This document shows positions 1 to 11,640 of a DNA stretch of 64,000 nt, piece after piece. Numbering within the stretch: the first letter of the stretch is position 1; the number at the start of each line of letters is the position of its first letter. This stretch comes from Lama guanicoe (Eukaryota): the NCBI GenBank assembly GCA_013239625.1, contig MU054212.1:8455084-8519083 (forward strand), in the 5' to 3' direction. Under the pieces are notes generated by a model. That model was given only the letters and a program-made list of their open reading frames with translations, was not told where the DNA came from and did not search any database. The translations under genes and the position numbers were made by a program.

Positions 1-19
1 GGAGGAGCAGAAGATAGAA

Positions 20-126
20 GACTGGCCATGTGCTGACAGTGGTTGAAGCTGGACCCTGTGTACCTGGGGATTCATTACGCTATTCTCCCTACTTTTATGT
101 AGGATGAGCATGTCCATAATAGAAAA
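20..126 (+). mobile_element. Old L1 (L1ME/L1MC-like) 3' terminus
   Basis: gttgaagctgg...ggggattcattacgctattctccctactttt...tccataat matches the old L1M 3' end pattern. Confidence 0.65.
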
Positions 127-193
127 CGTTCTGTTTTCTGTACTTTTTTGAAGTAGGTTCCGGGAGGATAAGGACCTTGTATCTTCCTCCTTC

Positions 194-582
194 TGGATTC
201 CTTTCTCTAGGGCTATCATAACAAAGCACCACAGACTGGGGGTTTAAACAACAGAAATGTATTTTCTCACCGTCCTGGAGGCTGAAAGTCCAAGATCAAG
301 GTATCGGCAGTTTGGGTTCCTTCCAAGGGCCAAGAGGGGAGGATCTGTTCCAGGTGCCTCCTTGCTCGTAGACGGTTGTCTTCTCCCAGTGTCTTCACAT
401 CATCTTCCCTTGGTTATTGGTGTCAGTATCCAAATCTTCCTTTTCTTATAAGGATACCAGTCACGTTGGATGGGGGCCCACTCTAATGACCTCTTTTAAC
501 TTAACTACCTCTGTAAATTTTGACTCCAAACACAGTCACATTCTGAGGACTTCAACATATGGATACAGTTCAGCCCCTAACA
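194..582 (-). mobile_element. MaLR solo LTR (MLT1B/C-like)
   Basis: cataacaaagcaccacagactggg...aaacaacagaaat...aagtccaagatcaagg...tcttataaggataccagtca...gtcacattctgagg...cccctaaca. Confidence 0.85.
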
Positions 583-1724
583 CTGACCTATCCCCAGCCC
601 TGGGTACAGTGCCTGGAAGGTAAAGGGGCTGTAGTAACTGTTTTTTGAATGTATCAATGACTGTTAGAAGACAGCAGCTGGGCAGCAAGGCCGCGCTGCC
701 TGAATCCTCGGCTCTCCGCAATGGCTTCTTGCTGTAGTTTTAATGATGGCGGTTCTTTCCTTCCAGGCTGTGGGCTGGAGTTTGTAGCTGTGGCGGGGAG
801 GGGTTAGTTAGCAGGAAAACAAGGCAAGGCCGATGAGCGTAGGGTTGGGTTTTACAGCCACCACAGCTCTGACAGCCTCCACCATATGCTCTGATTGCCT
901 GGCAACACGGTTCTAGTCGGAGGCAAGACAGTCAGGCAAGACTGAGTACAATGCCCCAGGCAGGGTCCAGGGGCCTGGCAGGTCTTGCGTTCCCCAGACT
1001 TGATACTTTCTCCAATCACAATCGCCCACTTAATCTCAAGCTAATGAGCCCTCAGGCCCATGCCTTTAAAGGTGAGGAGGAGAAACTGGTTATCATTGAC
1101 AGATTGGAGTTCCACACCGAAATGTTTAAAAGTCAATAAGGTCTCTTTAATTCAGTTCTGCACATTAATAACCAAAGTGAAACAAGAACATATCTGCAAT
1201 AAAAATGTACAATAAAATCCTTTCAGTCTCAAATACGTTTTACTCCTTAACTGTAGATCCATTTAGTCCTTCGATTTTTGCCTGTGATGTAAAAGAATAA
1301 GAGAAAATGAACCAATTCAAAGATATTGAATATATGACCTATTTTAAAATTATGTTTAAAGCCTCTAAATCAGTCAATTACAGCAATTTTAAAGCATTTA
1401 GGATAAATGCTATTTGGCTTGGCTCTTTCTTTCCTTTCCTTTTAATTTCTGGCCTTCAGATTTTAAAAACTCATTCCAATTTTTTAAGATAATTTTTCCC
1501 CAATTATAAATTCTTCATGTTCATTGAAGAAAATTTGGAAGACACAGAAAAGCATAAAGAAAACATTTAATCCCATCCTCAGAGAGACCCAGTGTTAACA
1601 TTTCAGTGTATTTTCTTCCAGTTGTTCAGTTAAATATTTATTCTGTATGTAGTACTTTGATTCCAATTTGGCATCATACAAAGTCTTTTCCACGTGCCAT
1701 TACAGTTTCTTGTAAATATTATTT

Positions 1725-2680
1725 TTTCTCTTTATTTACAAATCTTAAAGGTACAGATTGATGAATCTTGACATATGTATGCACCCATGTAAGCATCATC
1801 CAGATCTCTATATAAAATATTTCCAACACTTTAGAAGGCTCCCTTTTGCTCCCTCCAATTTTGCCTATACTTGATCTTGGTTTAAGTGAAGCCATGTCAC
1901 AAGTATACTTTTGTAGCTGACTTCTTTCACTAAATATTAGCTGTATGAGATTTAGCCATGTTTTTGAATATTCCAGTATTTTATTCTTTTTTTGTTTTGT
2001 TTTGCTGCTGTGCAGAATCTCAGTGTATAAAATATCAACATTTGCTTATTCACTTTTTTTATGGGTAGACATCTATGATTTTTCTAGTTTGGGGTTACTC
2101 TGAGTAAAGCTGTCATGCAATCTTGTCCTGTCTCTGTCTGTACATAAGTGTCTCTCCCTCATGGGTATACATCCAGGAGTAGTGTTGCTCCTCCATATGA
2201 TAAAGGCATGTCTTAGCTTTGGCAGACATCGCCCACCGTTTGGTAAAGTGGTATACCAGTTCAGAGTTCCTGTTATTCACATTCTCAGCAACACTTGGTA
2301 TTGCCAGTCTTTTAAATTTTAGTCATTCTACTGGGTATATAGTAGCTTCTCATTGTGGTTTTAATTTGCATTTTCTGGTGACTAAAGATGTTGAGCACCT
2401 TTTCAGTTTGGGTACCTTTTTTGTGAAGTGCCTGTTCAGATATTATTTTGAGTATTTTTTAACTTGTGTAACTGCCTCTTTCTTATTTATTTGTAGGCAC
2501 ACTTTATATATGATATAATGGATATGTCTCCTACCCTGTGGTTTCCCTCTCTTAATGGTATCTTTTGATGACTAAGGGTTTTTAATTTTAATCATGTTTA
2601 ATACATTTATCTTTTCTTTCCTGGTTTTTGTGACTTGTTTAAAAGATCTTTGTCTACAAAAAGATCATGAAGATATTCTC
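1725..2680 (-). mobile_element. Old L1M, ORF2 3' end and 3'UTR remnant
   Basis: cattgtggttttaatttgcattttctggtgactaaagatgttgagcacctttt and other antisense L1 hallmarks. Confidence 0.8.
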
Positions 2681-2839
2681 CTAAAACATCGTTTTTAATG
2701 GCTGCATATTTTCATTTGATAAATTCACCATTTTCCTGTTTTGGGATATTTAGGTCGTACCCTGTTTTCCACTACCATAAGTAAAAGTGTAAATACTTAT
2801 TGTCTTATGTGGGCCAGTCTCTGCATTAGATGTTTACAT

Positions 2840-3005
2840 TTATTTTTACAAGAACTATCCAGCAGGTACTATTTTCAGGCCTATTTTGTAGAAGGATAAA
2901 GAGAGGCTAAGAGAAATGGGGTAATTTACCCAAAGTCATATTACTGGTGCTGGGGTTTCAACTGCGATCTCTCTGTCTGCAGAACCACGGTTAAAGCCAC
3001 TTCAT
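2840..3005 (-). mobile_element. MIR remnant
   Basis: attttgtagaaggataaagagaggctaagagaa...taatttacccaaagtcata...tggggtttcaact, the MIR core in reverse. Confidence 0.6.
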
Positions 3006-3079
3006 TATCTGTGTTTCAAATGAGGATTTCCTCAGGATAAATCCCTAGCAGTGAAATTTACTGCGTTGAAAGATAAAAC

Positions 3080-3410
3080 ACGTAAACAGTAATGAAAAGG
3101 AGGCTGGAGCAGCTATATTAATATCAGATAAAATAGACTTCAGAACAAGGAATATTATTAGGAATAAAGAGAGGTATTACCTAATGATAGGAGATAAATT
3201 CTCCAGGAGTATGTAACGACCCTAAACAAATGTGCACCAAACCACAGAAGCCCAAGCGCTGGGAGACAGAAACCGTTAGAGCAGGAAGGAGGAGTCAAGT
3301 TCACAGCTGCAGGGGAGACCGACAGGCCTCTCTCAGTGATTAATAGAGCAGGTGCGCAGAAGATCTGTGAAGATGGAAAAGCCCTGAACAACACAGTCAA
3401 CCGAACCATT
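3080..3410 (+). mobile_element. L1 ORF2 endonuclease-domain fragment
   Basis: Translates NEKEAGAAILISDKIDFRTRNIIRNKERYYLMIG, the L1 EN motif AILISDKIDF; degenerate. Confidence 0.85.
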
Positions 3411-4184
3411 TTCTCTCAGCTCCCAGGGTTAGTTACTTTTGCAAAATCCAGCTGTTTTCCTCTGTGATTCCCTCCTGCCCCTGCACCCCGCCACTCCCCA
3501 CCAATCTGGAAGCATTTCTGTCTCCTCTTCATCTCTCATGTTCTGAGACGTCACGATAACCTTCCTGGGTGGGAGACTTTTCCATTTGCTGGGCTCTTTT
3601 TTTCCCTCCTGCTTGTTTAGCCATCTGACTTTCATCTGAGGCCTTCCTCAAGTATCTGGTGATCTTAACTGGAAGGGACTACTTACGTTTAAGAGCTAAC
3701 GAAAACTTCAGGGAGCATGGGCTTCATTATAATGTGGTGGGCCCTTTCTGTGGGTTCCTCTCAGAGGTTTCTAGAAGCCTTTCCTTTGAGTCATTCAGAC
3801 TCTCCAGAAGAGACTCCATCAATGAGAAAGGAATTGTGGTGATGAACCCAACCAAAAAAATGGATGAAAGGAATGGGGAAACGTGCAGTCAAGGGGTTAC
3901 TGGAATCAAATAATATGGTGAAGTAAACAGTAGGGAGTTGGGAATTACTTAAACCCAAATATGGTAATAAAAAGTGGAAAAATTTAAGATAAACACTAAG
4001 GTCTGGTGGGTATTAAATGTGTGGTTACTTGTGTTGTAGAGACAGGGCAGTGAGAGGGCGACTGGTCTCACAGTTCAGCGTTGGCTGTTGACCTTATCTG
4101 ATCCATTGCCAGGCCTGCACGCGGCCTCCAGACACCACCACACCCTGCCTCCCTCCATCCCAGCCTCAGCAGTTCAGCAGACCA

Positions 4185-4250
4185 ACCACATAATTTGTGG
4201 GGCCCAGTGCAGAATGAAAGTGCAGAACCCCTAGTTCAAAATGTATTAAC
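4185..4250 (+). mobile_element. MER45A-like (hAT) 5' fragment
   Basis: cataatttgtggggcccagtgcagaatgaaagtgc...gttcaaaa; homologous to the copy at 41775-41947. Confidence 0.65.
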
Positions 4251-4254
4251 AAGT

Positions 4255-4606
4255 GCATGGGGAAAATGGGGAGATGCAGGTCAAAGGCTACAAGCTTTCA
4301 GTTACAGGATGTGTATGTTGCTGGGATCTGACGCTCAGCACGGTGACTGTAGTGAACAATACTGTATTGTGTGCTTGGGAGTCGCCGTGAGAGTAGAGCT
4401 TTAACATTCTCACCGTAACAACAATAAAATGGTAATTATGTGAGGTGAAGGGTGTGTCAATTAACCTTACTGGGGTTAGCATTTTGTAATATATAAGATA
4501 TTGTGTGTATGTGTTCATACACGTACCGAGTCATCATACTGTACATATAGCTTATATCTTGTATCGATTATATCTCAACAAAGCTGGAAAAAAAAAAGAA
4601 AAAGAA
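4255..4606 (+). mobile_element. L1MA-type 3'UTR with poly(A)
   Basis: ggggagatgcaggtcaaagg.tacaagctttcagtta...aatactgtattgt...tatatctcaacaaagctggAAAA. Confidence 0.85.
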
Positions 4607-4969
4607 GTGGCTGTGTTGGGAATGATGAACCAAATCATATAAAGGGTGAAGTGGTAATAACATCAAGTGTGATCTTTAAACCTTTATATCCAAATTCTTA
4701 CTGGCGAGAAACACAGTCACCAACAGGCCAGGCTTTAAAAAGTATTTAAAATGTCCAGGCACAGGAGAAAGCCTTTATGCCTGGACTTAACAGAGTGAGT
4801 GAGCATTTTATTCAACTCCATTGAATGAGGGGATTTACTGAACATTAAAAAAAAAAAAAGAAAAGGAAAAAGAATTTCAGCACGTAAGCTGCAGGAATGT
4901 TAAGCGGGCCCTCAAGAGAGTAACCTCCCCAGGCCCCGCTTCAAGGGGCGGTGTAGGATGGAGACTTTC

Positions 4970-5098
4970 TCAGAGGGGGGAGGTAACTAGGTTTACTTGT
5001 TTATGTTCACTTATTTTTAGAGGAGGTGCTGGGGATTGAACCTAGGACCTTGTGTATGCTAAGCATGCACTTTACCACTTGAGCTACGTGCTCCCCTC
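4970..5098 (-). mobile_element. tRNA-Ala-derived camelid SINE (Vic-1 type)
   Basis: Reverse complement has a tRNA-Ala-like head (TAGCTCAAGTGGTA...GGTTCAATCCCCAGCACCTCC) and an AAACCTAGTTACCTCCCCCC tail. 15-bp TSD aggatggagac(t/a)ttc at 4955-4969 and 5099-5113. Confidence 0.9.
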
Positions 5099-6974
5099 AG
5101 GATGGAGACATTCAAGAGAAGCAGCCACCTGCTGGTCCCTCCAGCCTGGAGGCAACTCCCGCCCTCCCTCGCCTGTGGTTTTTGAGGCCCGATAAGAGGT
5201 TCCTGCTGAGATTCGTGGTGACCCCCCTCTCTTCTCAGCAGCCTCCTTCTGAGCTTTCTTAAATCAATTCTCTCTCCTTCCTCTTTGTGTTCATCTTTTT
5301 TAAAAAATGTGTTCAAATTTCTCATCCGTTGTTGCCTTTTATGTTCTTTGTTCTCGTGGGTAAATGTATTCCTTGTTTATTACTGTGGTTTAGTGGGATT
5401 TTAGAGGGAGTGAGCTTAAATGCAGGAGATCGGTTTGCCATCTAGGACCTTGACGAGGAAGCCATAAAGAGGAGACGGTGGTGAGAGACCCCAGGACAAC
5501 GGCAAGCTCATAACAGCCTTTCGGGGAGTGGGGTTGGATTTAAATCTCTCTGCTGGACCAGCTTTGTAGCCAGACTGCCAGCCAGGGCTCCCACCCCAGC
5601 TCTGCAGTCCGCAGCCACGCGACCCTGGCATGTTACTGCTTCTCCTTGTTTCTTAGTGTTCTTACCAGTGCAGCAGGGGCACAATGATAGTACCATCACA
5701 TAGTGTTGTTATACAGTAAAATGAGTGAGTCCCTGAGAGCCCGAAGAGGTTTATTATTGAGATGAAGAGGGGAAGGTGAGTCTCAGATGATTGGAGCAAA
5801 CAGCACCTCTGTGGGGTCCTTCCCCCAGAAACAAGGAGGATCAGTGGGCTTTGGAAAGAAGGGTGAGGTTCTGCTTAAAGCTTGAGGACTCTTCTCATTG
5901 TGCTTTTTATAGATGCTAATCACTTGGGTTCCCAGGTTGACCTTGGCCCAGAATGCAGAGGAGCAAGCCACTACTTCTGCATCTGAACTATTGATTAAGC
6001 CAGTTCTTTCCCCTCCCCCATACCATCTGGGCTTCTAAATTCAGGCCTGCAGGTCTGGAGGGTCCAGATTGGACCCTGCCTTCCCTGAAGTCCAGTTACT
6101 GACAAGAGCTGTCAGCAACTGGGTTCCCCTCGGTTTGAGGGGCACAAGGCTTTCTTGGTTACTAGTGACAGGAACCCAGATATTGCAAGGTAAATTAAGA
6201 ATGTGTGGGCTAAAGTAAATAATCCGTGACCAGGCAGGGTGGAGCAGACCTCAGAGACAACAGCAACACATTCTCTCCTTTCATAGAGAACTTGGCTTCT
6301 GCCTGCGTGTGACTCATTCTGCACTGGGGCGCACGCCAGGGGCCACGGCCACTGGAACTTCAGGTCAAGCTGGGCAGCCACGCCACTGTCCTCTGGCTGC
6401 TGGGCTTGTGGCTTTGTGAGGTTATCTAAGATAGTGATCACAAACCTACAGGCATACACTTGCCTGGGGTGGGTGTTTCATTTTAAAAGATAAAAGCCAA
6501 CTCTGTAACGCAGCTGAGAGAGTTCTTATCTCCTCGGACCCTGAGTGAAGTATGCAAAAGGCAAATGATGGGAGGGAAAACCAGAGTACAGCAGAAGCCG
6601 TCTGCAGACCTTTGATCTCAGTCCACCTGGGCTAGCTTTGAAATGAGCTGTGTAACTCATGAGCACTGGAAATATTCTGGAGCAGAGGCAATTTACTGTG
6701 CTGCACCTGAATAAACAAGGGCTCATGAGCTTGCGACCTCATTTCCCCTTCATCAAAAGTCCATCCCCTTCTTAAAAGGGGTATTTGTGTTTCTAAACTC
6801 ATATTTTCCCTGACAAAAGAACGATTTAATATTATTCTGATGCCACTTGAGAAAAGAGGTAAAGTTCCTAATCATTGAAAGAAATAATATACACTCCAGA
6901 AAGAAAAGAACCCAGGAAATGTAAGATGCCAAGGAAGTGAATAGAAATAAAACTTGAATCAAAATATTGTCAAT

Positions 6975-7073
6975 GGGGGTGGTGGGTATAGCTAAGTGGT
7001 AGAGCGCATGCCTAGCATGCATGAAGTCCTGGGTTCAATCCCCAGTGCCTCCGTTAATAACAACAACAACTAC
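6975..7073 (+). mobile_element. tRNA-Ala-derived camelid SINE (short form, AAC-rich tail)
   Basis: TAGCTAAGTGGTAGAGC A-box, GGTTCAATCCC B-box, A-rich tail. TSD aaatattgt at 6962-6970 and 7074-7082. Confidence 0.9.
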
Positions 7074-8419
7074 AAATATTGTTGACTAGACAAAAAGGTG
7101 GCAGAAAAGAAAGAAACTGAAAAACCAGTGTAACACTAGAGAAACACAATTGAATGACAGTCTAAAAAACCTCCTGGGAAAAAAACACAGGATGGGTGGA
7201 CAGATATGGATGGATACAGTATGACTAAGGCGCCTTCCTAGATGACACAGTGTTGAGTGAATATTATCTCAGACTCACTCGCAGATGTGCACACCTGCTG
7301 ATACAGAAAGACAAGTGGCACAGCTTAAAAGAGACCAGAAATAATTTTTAGTATTTGTAAAATATTAGGCAGGGGACTGAAAACCTAAGGAATAGGCAGG
7401 GCATTGCTGCTACTTCTTGCAAGCTGTCTGTGGGACTTTGGGAGAGAGATCGAGGAGGGAAGTGGTTTCTACCAGATGCCGTGAGAGCGTTTGCATTCTG
7501 GACCTTCCCGTAAGGGGCGTCTGGAATGAGGCGTTTCTAACTAGGGAGGGTGGCTCCCACAAAGAGAGAGCAGAACAGGCTTGCTCAGAGACTAGCTGAC
7601 TTGCTCAGGAGGATTCTAAAGTAAAGCATATGGGTTTCTCATTGCTGTTGTTGTTTTAAATAAAGAAAACAAAAATGATTCAAAAGGCTACCATGCAGAA
7701 CAAACCTTAATATTAAGCAATAAATAAAGTAACCTGTGCGCTCGTGAGAGAGCACCTGAGAGGTCTTTATACAAAATACAGACGAGGATGGAAGGTAAAA
7801 AGCAAGTATGGCATGGAGAAGAAGAAGAAGGCAGGAGGCTCCCCATGATTCTCATGAGGGAAGTGGCTGAGAAACAAAATGCTTATGGCCTCAGTCTTCT
7901 CAGTGTGCAGGGAATGGCCAGTAAGGTAAATCCACAGTTTTGATTACCTGAGACTGGTGTGCTGAAATTCAAAAGCATAGTATGATGGAAGAGCTTACTT
8001 TATTCAAAAGAAACGTGTATTAGGTAGCATATCAAGAACATGGGCAACAACCTTCACGAAGTCAGTCTACTTGTCAAGCACACATAATCTGCTGGGAACT
8101 GTTCTGGATGTTAGAATCCAATGTCTGCTCCGAGGGAGCTTACAGTCTATGATCTCAAATCGCTTTCTGAAATCAACCAGGTATAAATAAACCGAAATTG
8201 TTCTAGTAGGTAAATAAGGACATACCTGCAAGAAAGCTGTGCTGATTCTCTGAAGGCTTTGAAATGTGATCCAGTCTTTTTGGAAAAATACACACACAGA
8301 AGAGGGAAAGAAGGGAGCAGAATCAAGGATGACTTGGCACAACTAGACAGATGTGTGAGAATGGTATCAGGAAGAATGAAGCCCAAAAGGAGATGGGGCT
8401 TGATTTTTTTTTCCCTGAA

Positions 8420-9650
8420 GTTAACATTATCGAACGACCGCATACGTGCCCCCAAAGCATATCAATCACAATTGTATCACTCACTCACTGCACAAACTGA
8501 ACCCTCCCATGTAGCCAGCATCCAGCTCAAAAAACAGAACCCAGCCAGCATCTCCAGAAACCTTCTCATGGCTTCTAATCAGTACCGACTTCAACTCCCA
8601 CGCTTGGCCAGCGCTAACTGCTATCTTAACTTCTTACACTACACTTTAGTTTTGCCAAAAGTAGTTCACTTTCTTAAAACTACTTTGCTAGGGTGTAACC
8701 TGTACATGTTTAAAGTGTGCAGTTAAGCGCCACCAGGTCATGATACTGAACATTTATTTCCATCATCCCTAAGACGTTCCTCTGTCCCTTTGTAATCCAT
8801 CCTTCCCACTACCCTGTCCCTAAGTGACCTCCGATCTGTTTCCATCACTGTGTGTCAGTCTGCACTTACTGGAATTGTATACAAATGGGATCCTACAGTA
8901 AATGGGGTCATATACTCTTTTTTTTTGGGGGGGGTCTGCCTTCTTTTCCTCAGTATAATGATTTTGAGATTCATCCCTGCTGTTCCATAAATCAGTGGTT
9001 TGTCCCCTTGGATGGATGAGTAGCACCCTAGTGAGTGGATATACCACGCTGTGTTTGTCCATTCACCAGCTGACAGACATGTGGTTTGTTCACAGGCTCA
9101 TGGCTATTACAAGTAACGTTGCTGAGAACATTCGTGATCAAATCTTTGAAGAAATAGAAGCTTTCATTCTTCTTGAGCAAATACCTAGGGGTGGACTGGC
9201 TGGATCATAATGTAGGAATGTTTTTTAACTTTTTAAGGTGCCACCAAACCGTCTTCCAAAGTCGTGTAGGAGAGTGCCAGTTTTGCCACGTTCTCACCAG
9301 TATTTGCTATTATCAGTCTTTTTAAAGTTTAGCTATTCTAGTGGATGGAGAGTGGGATCTCATTGTGGGTTTAGTTTGCATTTTCCTGATTGCTAGTGGT
9401 GTTAAGCATGTATTCATGCTCTTCTTGGCCGTTTTTTAAAAATATTCTACTGTATTATTTAATTATTTTTATTTTGGCTGGGGATAGGTAACTAGGTTTG
9501 TTTATCTTTAGAGGAGGTACTGGGGGTTGAACCCAGGACCTTGTGGATGCTAAGCATGTGCCCTACCACTTGAGCTATACCCTCCCCTCTTCTTGGTCAT
9601 TTTGATATATTCCTTTGTGAGTTGTCTGAGTGACTTTTTTGTTTTAAATG
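8420..9650 (-). mobile_element. Old L1M (L1MB-like) 3' region, possibly two nested fragments, containing a SINE
   Basis: ttttgagattcatcc...gtggatataccac...tttgtccattcacc...aatacctagg.gtgga...gctggatcata...ctcattgtgggtttagtttgcatttt. Confidence 0.8.
9436..9586 (-). mobile_element. Vic-1-type SINE nested in an L1
   Basis: Same body as 4970-5098. TSD ctcttcttgg(c/t)c(g/a)tttt at 9419-9435 and 9587-9603. Confidence 0.9.
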
Positions 9651-9947
9651 CCAAAATCAGAAAAGGGGACTTACACAGATGTTCAGAGGCAAGAGAGAGG
9701 AGAGTGACTAATAGAGTGCATAACGGATACGGTGGTGCTGAATAACAAGAGCAGTGCAGATCTTTAACACTTAATTTTGCTTGAGTCTTCTGTTTCAAGG
9801 GGGAAGTCGTCAGGCTGAAAGGAGGAAAGACAGCTCTGCATATAGGAAGAAACAGTAGATCCAAGACACAATTGGAGTGGGGAAAAGACCCAGTGGTCCA
9901 CCACTTCCCTCTTTCTTTCTTCAGAATCTCCAAGTTTTAGTCAGATA

Positions 9948-10048
9948 CAGGGTGACCAGCCCTCCTTTCTGCCCAGGCTGAGGGGATTCCCAGGATGCAG
10001 GGCGTTCTAGAAAAGACTTGGGTAAGCCAGGACGAGCTGGTCAGCCTA
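9948..10048. mobile_element. MER81-like hAT MITE
   Basis: Terminal inverted repeats cagggtgaccagc / gctggtcagccta; ~100 bp; internal ctgaggggattcccaggatgc. Confidence 0.7.
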
Positions 10049-10879
10049 GGCATGTCCTTGGCTGTCCAAAATCAAGAAGATTATTTCTCAGGCTCCCTTT
10101 CAGCTAGATGTCACCACGCAATTGTTATGGCCAGTGAAATAAAAGCAAATGTGATGTCTGAACTTTCTGAGTTGTTCACATTAAAAGCTCACATGAAGCT
10201 CAAAGGAAGAAGTGAGAGCAGGCTGATAAATTCCTGCACTGAATGTATGATCACCCCACCCAGAAGCTCTCTTAGGGTCTCCCAGGAGCTCCCCATCTTT
10301 GTTAGGTAAGACTAATGATTGAAAATCCTTATCTTGAATGCAAATCTGCCTTTCAATAATGTTCACTTGTATGTGTCCTCAGGAATCACAGAATTGCATT
10401 GTAAATGTTTACTTATTTAATAAATAAACATTGTTCTTCTTGGGAAAAAAAAAAAAAAGAAGTGAGAGCAGAAACAGGCAGAGGCATCTTACTCTGTGAG
10501 ACAGGAGCTGCCGGTCAGGAATGCCAGAGCAGCAGGAGAGAAGGATGCGGAGTCCCTGATTATCACGAAGCTGCCGTAACAACCAGGGGGCCTCCCCAGC
10601 TTTCACATAAAAGAGAAACAAACTGGGATTTAGCTTAAGCTCTTTTACACCTCCTTTTACAGCTGCTGACCTAATGTGGTTTGCAAGAGCTCAACTAGGC
10701 AGGCTAAATGATTTCAACGGAGATACATGTTTCTGATCTCCGAAAGAGGGAAGAAGCACGGACATGGGGGCGGTGGAAAAACCCCAAACTGGCGAGTTTG
10801 ATGACAATCTTGGGTCATTCTTCTAGAGGGGATTGATAAAAGTCTGTTGGTGAGTCCCTTAAAAAGGTAGCAGAGATTG

Positions 10880-11640
10880 CTAGGCTCCACCATGGTTGCG
10901 TCAAGAACAAGTCTTGTTGGACTTGTCTTGGTTTCACTCTGTTGAGATGGTTGCTATACTGGTAAGTCAGCAAAATGTTGACTTGTAATAGGGCGACTGA
11001 CAAGAACACACATGACATCCATGCAGACTTGTTCTGGGTACAAGTATGACTAGATGGATTAATAACTAGTTGAACAGTCATACCCAAAGGGTATTGAGTA
11101 CTGCATCAGCATCAGCTTGGAAGGAAATTTCAAGTGATAAGCTCTGATCTAGTTAAATATTTTATCAGTGATTTGAATGAATAGATAGTGAAGTACTCAT
11201 CATATTGGCAGACGACAAGAAAGGCAGGAAACACTGATGAATACAGCATCAGGACTAAAAGCTCTTGCTGGCTAGAATGGCAGGATGAAACTAACAAAGT
11301 GAGGTGATAAATGTATGTTCACAGATTCAGATTTTTTTAAAAAACCCCATCCAATAAGATAAGAAATGGAGGAGATATGAATTAGTTCTAGTATTAGTAC
11401 AAGAATTGAGATGTTTAAGGTGATGGCTCACAATGAGTCAACAGGGCAAAGTCTGGCTGACTGTGTTCATGGAGTGACAGCACCTGCCCCGGCGAGTGTG
11501 GGTGGGTCGGGCTCTGCCTAGCAGTGTTCAGAGTGGCAGTTCTCAGGCCACAATTTGAAAGATGTTGAGGCACACAGCTTGAAGAAGGAGTCAGGGAGAC
11601 ATGAAATTGATTTCAGTATTGGAAGGCTATCCTGTGGCAT
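10880..11640 (+). mobile_element. Ancient CR1/L3 LINE, RT-domain remnant
   Basis: Degenerate frames give HGCVKNKSC (cf. CR1 QHGF.K.KSC), LNIFISDLNE (cf. FNIFINDLD) and ILADDKK (cf. KFADDTK) in the correct order. Confidence 0.65.

Noticed and set aside
6975..7052. Apparent tRNA-Ala(AGC) gene
   Set aside because: Stem mismatches, A-rich tail, TSD and two related copies nearby identify it as a SINE.
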